64,000 nucleotides of DNA from an uncultured Acidobacteriota bacterium (lineage in GTDB: Bacteria; Acidobacteriota; Polarisedimenticolia; JACPZX01; DASXTC01), in assembly GCA_963806495.1 (NCBI GenBank), contig CAWDYA010000011.1, positions 435,801 through 499,800 on the forward strand, given 5' to 3'. Under the pieces are notes generated by a model. The model saw only the letters and a program-made list of their open reading frames with translations. It had not been told where the DNA came from and ran no database searches. The translations under genes were made by a program, and so were the position numbers. Below are positions 61,661 to 64,000 of this stretch, one piece after another; within the stretch, counting starts at the first letter, position 1; the number at the start of each line of letters is the position of its first letter.

Positions 61661-64000
61661 TCAGGGCGCCGCGACGCAGACCGTCGCCCGGCTCGACGAC
61701 GAGGGACGGATCCCGTCGTGGCTCGGCCAGACCGGCTGGTGGTACGGGGCCACCTGGTAGAAGAAGACTCGCCCCGGCGGAGGCGTGTCCGTGTCCTGCT
61801 GCGTCACGAGGATCGGCAGCACCGGGCCCGGATGGACGTTGGAGAACAGCATCGCGCCGGCGAACGTGGCCACCCCCGTGCCTCCCGAGGCCTCGGGGAA
61901 AAGGTCGACACCCGTGGTCGTGCCGGCGGAGTCGTAGCGCCACACGTTATAGCCCCATCCGTTGGGCCGCGGCCGGGTGGGCCATCTCAGGGTCTGTGAA
62001 TCGACGAACTCCAGCGCGCCCGAGCAGAAGAAATCGCCCGCCGGGCCGGTGGCGCAGGGCTGGTTCCTCAGGAATCCGTACCCCGCGCTGCAGGCACCCG
62101 CGGCGCAGACGCCCCCCTCCCCCGGGATGTCGGTGTACTTCGCCACGCCGGGCGGTCCGGGGATGACGCTGCCCGTGGTGACGGAGCAGGGCGGATACAG
62201 GGCCGTGTCCGGGTCGTCGAACTCGGTGCCGGTGTAGACGTTCACCGCCACGACACGGGCGGCCTCGCAGGCGGTGTCGGACGTGCAGCGCGCCTCGACC
62301 TTGTAGCTGGTGTTCTGCGCCGGAGAGACGGCCAGGGTCGGCGCGGGCGAGTACGGCTGCATGACGGTCGACGTGACGCAGTCCGGGTCGAGACACTCGC
62401 TGAACCGGTACTGCAGCACGCCGAAGTCGCAGGCGCCCTCGGTGATCCCGGCCGTGGCCGGGTCGTCGCCGGCGACCGTCGTCCGTGCGTCCAGGGTCAC
62501 GGTCTGTCGCTGCACGTCGGCGTTGAGCACGAGCGGGCCCCCGAGATCCAGCGCGCCGGCGATCCGGATGTCCACGACACCGCAGTTGCCCGCGTCCAGG
62601 CCGGTCAGGCATTGCGACAGACCCGTGGCGCTGTCGGGTGTGATGACGCCCGGCTGCACCCGCAGATCGGTCAGCCTGATGTCGTCGATCCACCAGCCGT
62701 CGTCGCCCTCGAAGTACTGGTAGGACACCCCGGTGGGGCTCTCGAGCGCCGACCGGCTGACGCCGAACGACCAGCCGCCCTCCACCATCCCGATCCAGCG
62801 CAGACGCGCCACCCGGCCGGCGAACGGGGACAGGTCGAACTCGGAGCGCGTCCAGACACCGGCGCCGAGGCTGCCGGTCTCGGTGCAGCCGGAGCCGGGC
62901 GTGCAGATGATGTCGCCGCAGTCCTTGTGCAGCGGGTCGTTGCCGTTCGTGTCGACGGTGCAGGTCGGGTCGGTGCCGATCGCGTCCCCTTTCTCGGCGA
63001 ACATGCGCGCCGGGCTGCACATCGTCTCGTCCGTGGGGAAGAACTCGTCGTCACCCGGGTCGAAGCCGCACAGGCTGACGCTGCCCTGATCGATTGAATC
63101 GTAGTAGTCGAAGGACGGCGTGAGACGCTGCCACTTCTCGAACCTGCCGTTGGATCCCAGCAGGCTGAGCTGCACCTGCCCGCCGGCGAAGGTCGTGCCG
63201 TCAGGGATGAAGCCGCTGCCGAAGTTCTCGTCGTCGGGCACGGCGATGATCTGCCAGAAGTCCACCGTTGAAGCGGGGCCGAGCGCCAGACCGGGGATGT
63301 TCGGATCCCCCTGGCTGTCCAGCACGAACGCCGACACCTGCCGGAATCGCACCGTGTCGGACAGGGTCGTCGAGGCGCTCAGGTGCCGCCCCATGTGCAT
63401 CGAACGGGTGCCGCCGTGCGCCTTGCCGCCGTCGGGCGCGCCGATGGCGGGCGGGTGGAGCGGATCGTAGCCGGCCCCCGGTCCCTCCGTGGGCGAGTGC
63501 AGGTGCCAGTCGTTCTCCTCCGCGACCGGGTTGCACGTCGCGTAGCCTCGCGCGGCGTCGTCGGCGCAGGTCACGGCGCTGGTGCCGGCCGGTCCGGCGC
63601 CCGTGCCCTGGGTGTAACCCAGCACGTCGTCGTTCGGGTCCCCGATCGCGCGCAACGCATCGTTCGGATCCACGCCCACGGGCAGACGGGTGACATCGTA
63701 CGTGCCGCTCGCGTTGCGGTCGGTGTCGAATCCTTCGCACAGCACGCCGGGTCCGTTCACCGCGGGCCGGTCGGAGCACGACGGCGGAATGAGCGGCGCG
63801 TCGAATCGATCGAGATCGATCGTGATGTCGAAGGTCCGCGACGGGTCGATCCCCTCCATGTCGTCCGCCTGCGCCGTGACGGCGAAGCCCGCGGTGGCCC
63901 ATGTGGTCGCACCCGACTGCCCCGGCCCCGGTTCGGCCGGGTCGATGACGAAGCTGAGCGCCCCCGCGGGTGTCGTGACCGCCGCCCCGGCGGCGAGGTC
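61661..64000 (-). CDS. Large Cys-rich secreted protein, 5' end off-window (hypothetical; contains jelly-roll-like segment ending GDDGWWIDDIRL)
   Basis: The frame stays open from 63859 to the window edge at 64000. Many paired Cys and Asp/Gly/Pro-rich loops. No catalytic motif recognised. Confidence 0.7.
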   Translation of the reverse strand, partial: DLAAGAAVTTPAGALSFVIDPAEPGPGQSGATTWATAGFAVTAQADDMEGIDPSRTFDITIDLDRFDAPLIPPSCSDRPAVNGPGVLCEGFDTDRNASGTYDVTRLPVGVDPNDALRAIGDPNDDVLGYTQGTGAGPAGTSAVTCADDAARGYATCNPVAEENDWHLHSPTEGPGAGYDPLHPPAIGAPDGGKAHGGTRSMHMGRHLSASTTLSDTVRFRQVSAFVLDSQGDPNIPGLALGPASTVDFWQIIAVPDDENFGSGFIPDGTTFAGGQVQLSLLGSNGRFEKWQRLTPSFDYYDSIDQGSVSLCGFDPGDDEFFPTDETMCSPARMFAEKGDAIGTDPTCTVDTNGNDPLHKDCGDIICTPGSGCTETGSLGAGVWTRSEFDLSPFAGRVARLRWIGMVEGGWSFGVSRSALESPTGVSYQYFEGDDGWWIDDIRLTDLRVQPGVITPDSATGLSQCLTGLDAGNCGVVDIRIAGALDLGGPLVLNADVQRQTVTLDARTTVAGDDPATAGITEGACDFGVLQYRFSECLDPDCVTSTVMQPYSPAPTLAVSPAQNTSYKVEARCTSDTACEAARVVAVNVYTGTEFDDPDTALYPPCSVTTGSVIPGPPGVAKYTDIPGEGGVCAAGACSAGYGFLRNQPCATGPAGDFFCSGALEFVDSQTLRWPTRPRPNGWGYNVWRYDSAGTTTGVDLFPEASGGTGVATFAGAMLFSNVHPGPVLPILVTQQDTDTPPPGRVFFYQVAPYHQPVWPSHDGIRPSSSSRATVCVAAP

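Overview
High-GC (by eye about two-thirds G+C) bacterial chromosomal window, densely coding on both strands. The gene content (ACIII plus caa3 oxidase supercluster, Ser/Thr kinase-TPR, CHAT, Kelch, multiheme cytochromes, sufBCDSUT) suggests an uncultivated diderm of the Acidobacteriota/Gemmatimonadota/Myxococcota type; this is inference only. I call about 57 protein-coding genes. I recognised no rRNA, tRNA, CRISPR array, transposase or integrase. Blocks in order: (1) a 5'-truncated 13-blade Kelch protein convergent with a PlpD-like patatin/Omp85 protein. (2) An ECF sigma / anti-sigma / small poly-proline protein / membrane-anchored CHAT protease cluster. (3) A housekeeping mix: ferritin-like protein, lipoprotein SodC, EamA, Ser/Thr kinase-TPR, esterase, TauE. 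(4) A 12-kb minus-strand respiratory supercluster, actABCDEFG - SCO1 - ctaC - ctaD - ctaE - subunit IV. (5) The most interesting block, 31.4-38.9 kb: a polytopic His-rich membrane protein, a TM-anchored 2x[4Fe-4S] flavoprotein, a 23-heme and a 16-heme cytochrome c, and an outer-membrane beta-barrel. These genes are tightly packed, with overlapping stop/start codons at the last three junctions, and form a candidate uncharacterised porin-cytochrome-type trans-envelope electron conduit. (6) An MscS channel gene preceded by a polytopic-membrane P-loop ATPase. (7) AtuA/DUF1446 - DUF4387 - crotonase and accC - crcB - DUF190 - carboxyltransferase - BCCP operons. (8) An Rrf2 - sufBCDSUT operon. (9) An ACE-like M2 peptidase and a large Cys-rich secreted protein that runs off the window. 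About 20 single-base frame disruptions are present, 12 of them in ctaD and actC (six +1 insertions each), plus an in-frame TGA in the crotonase gene. Disrupted genes are listed as type pseudogene with full homology spans; whether they are assembly errors or true pseudogenes cannot be decided from the sequence alone.
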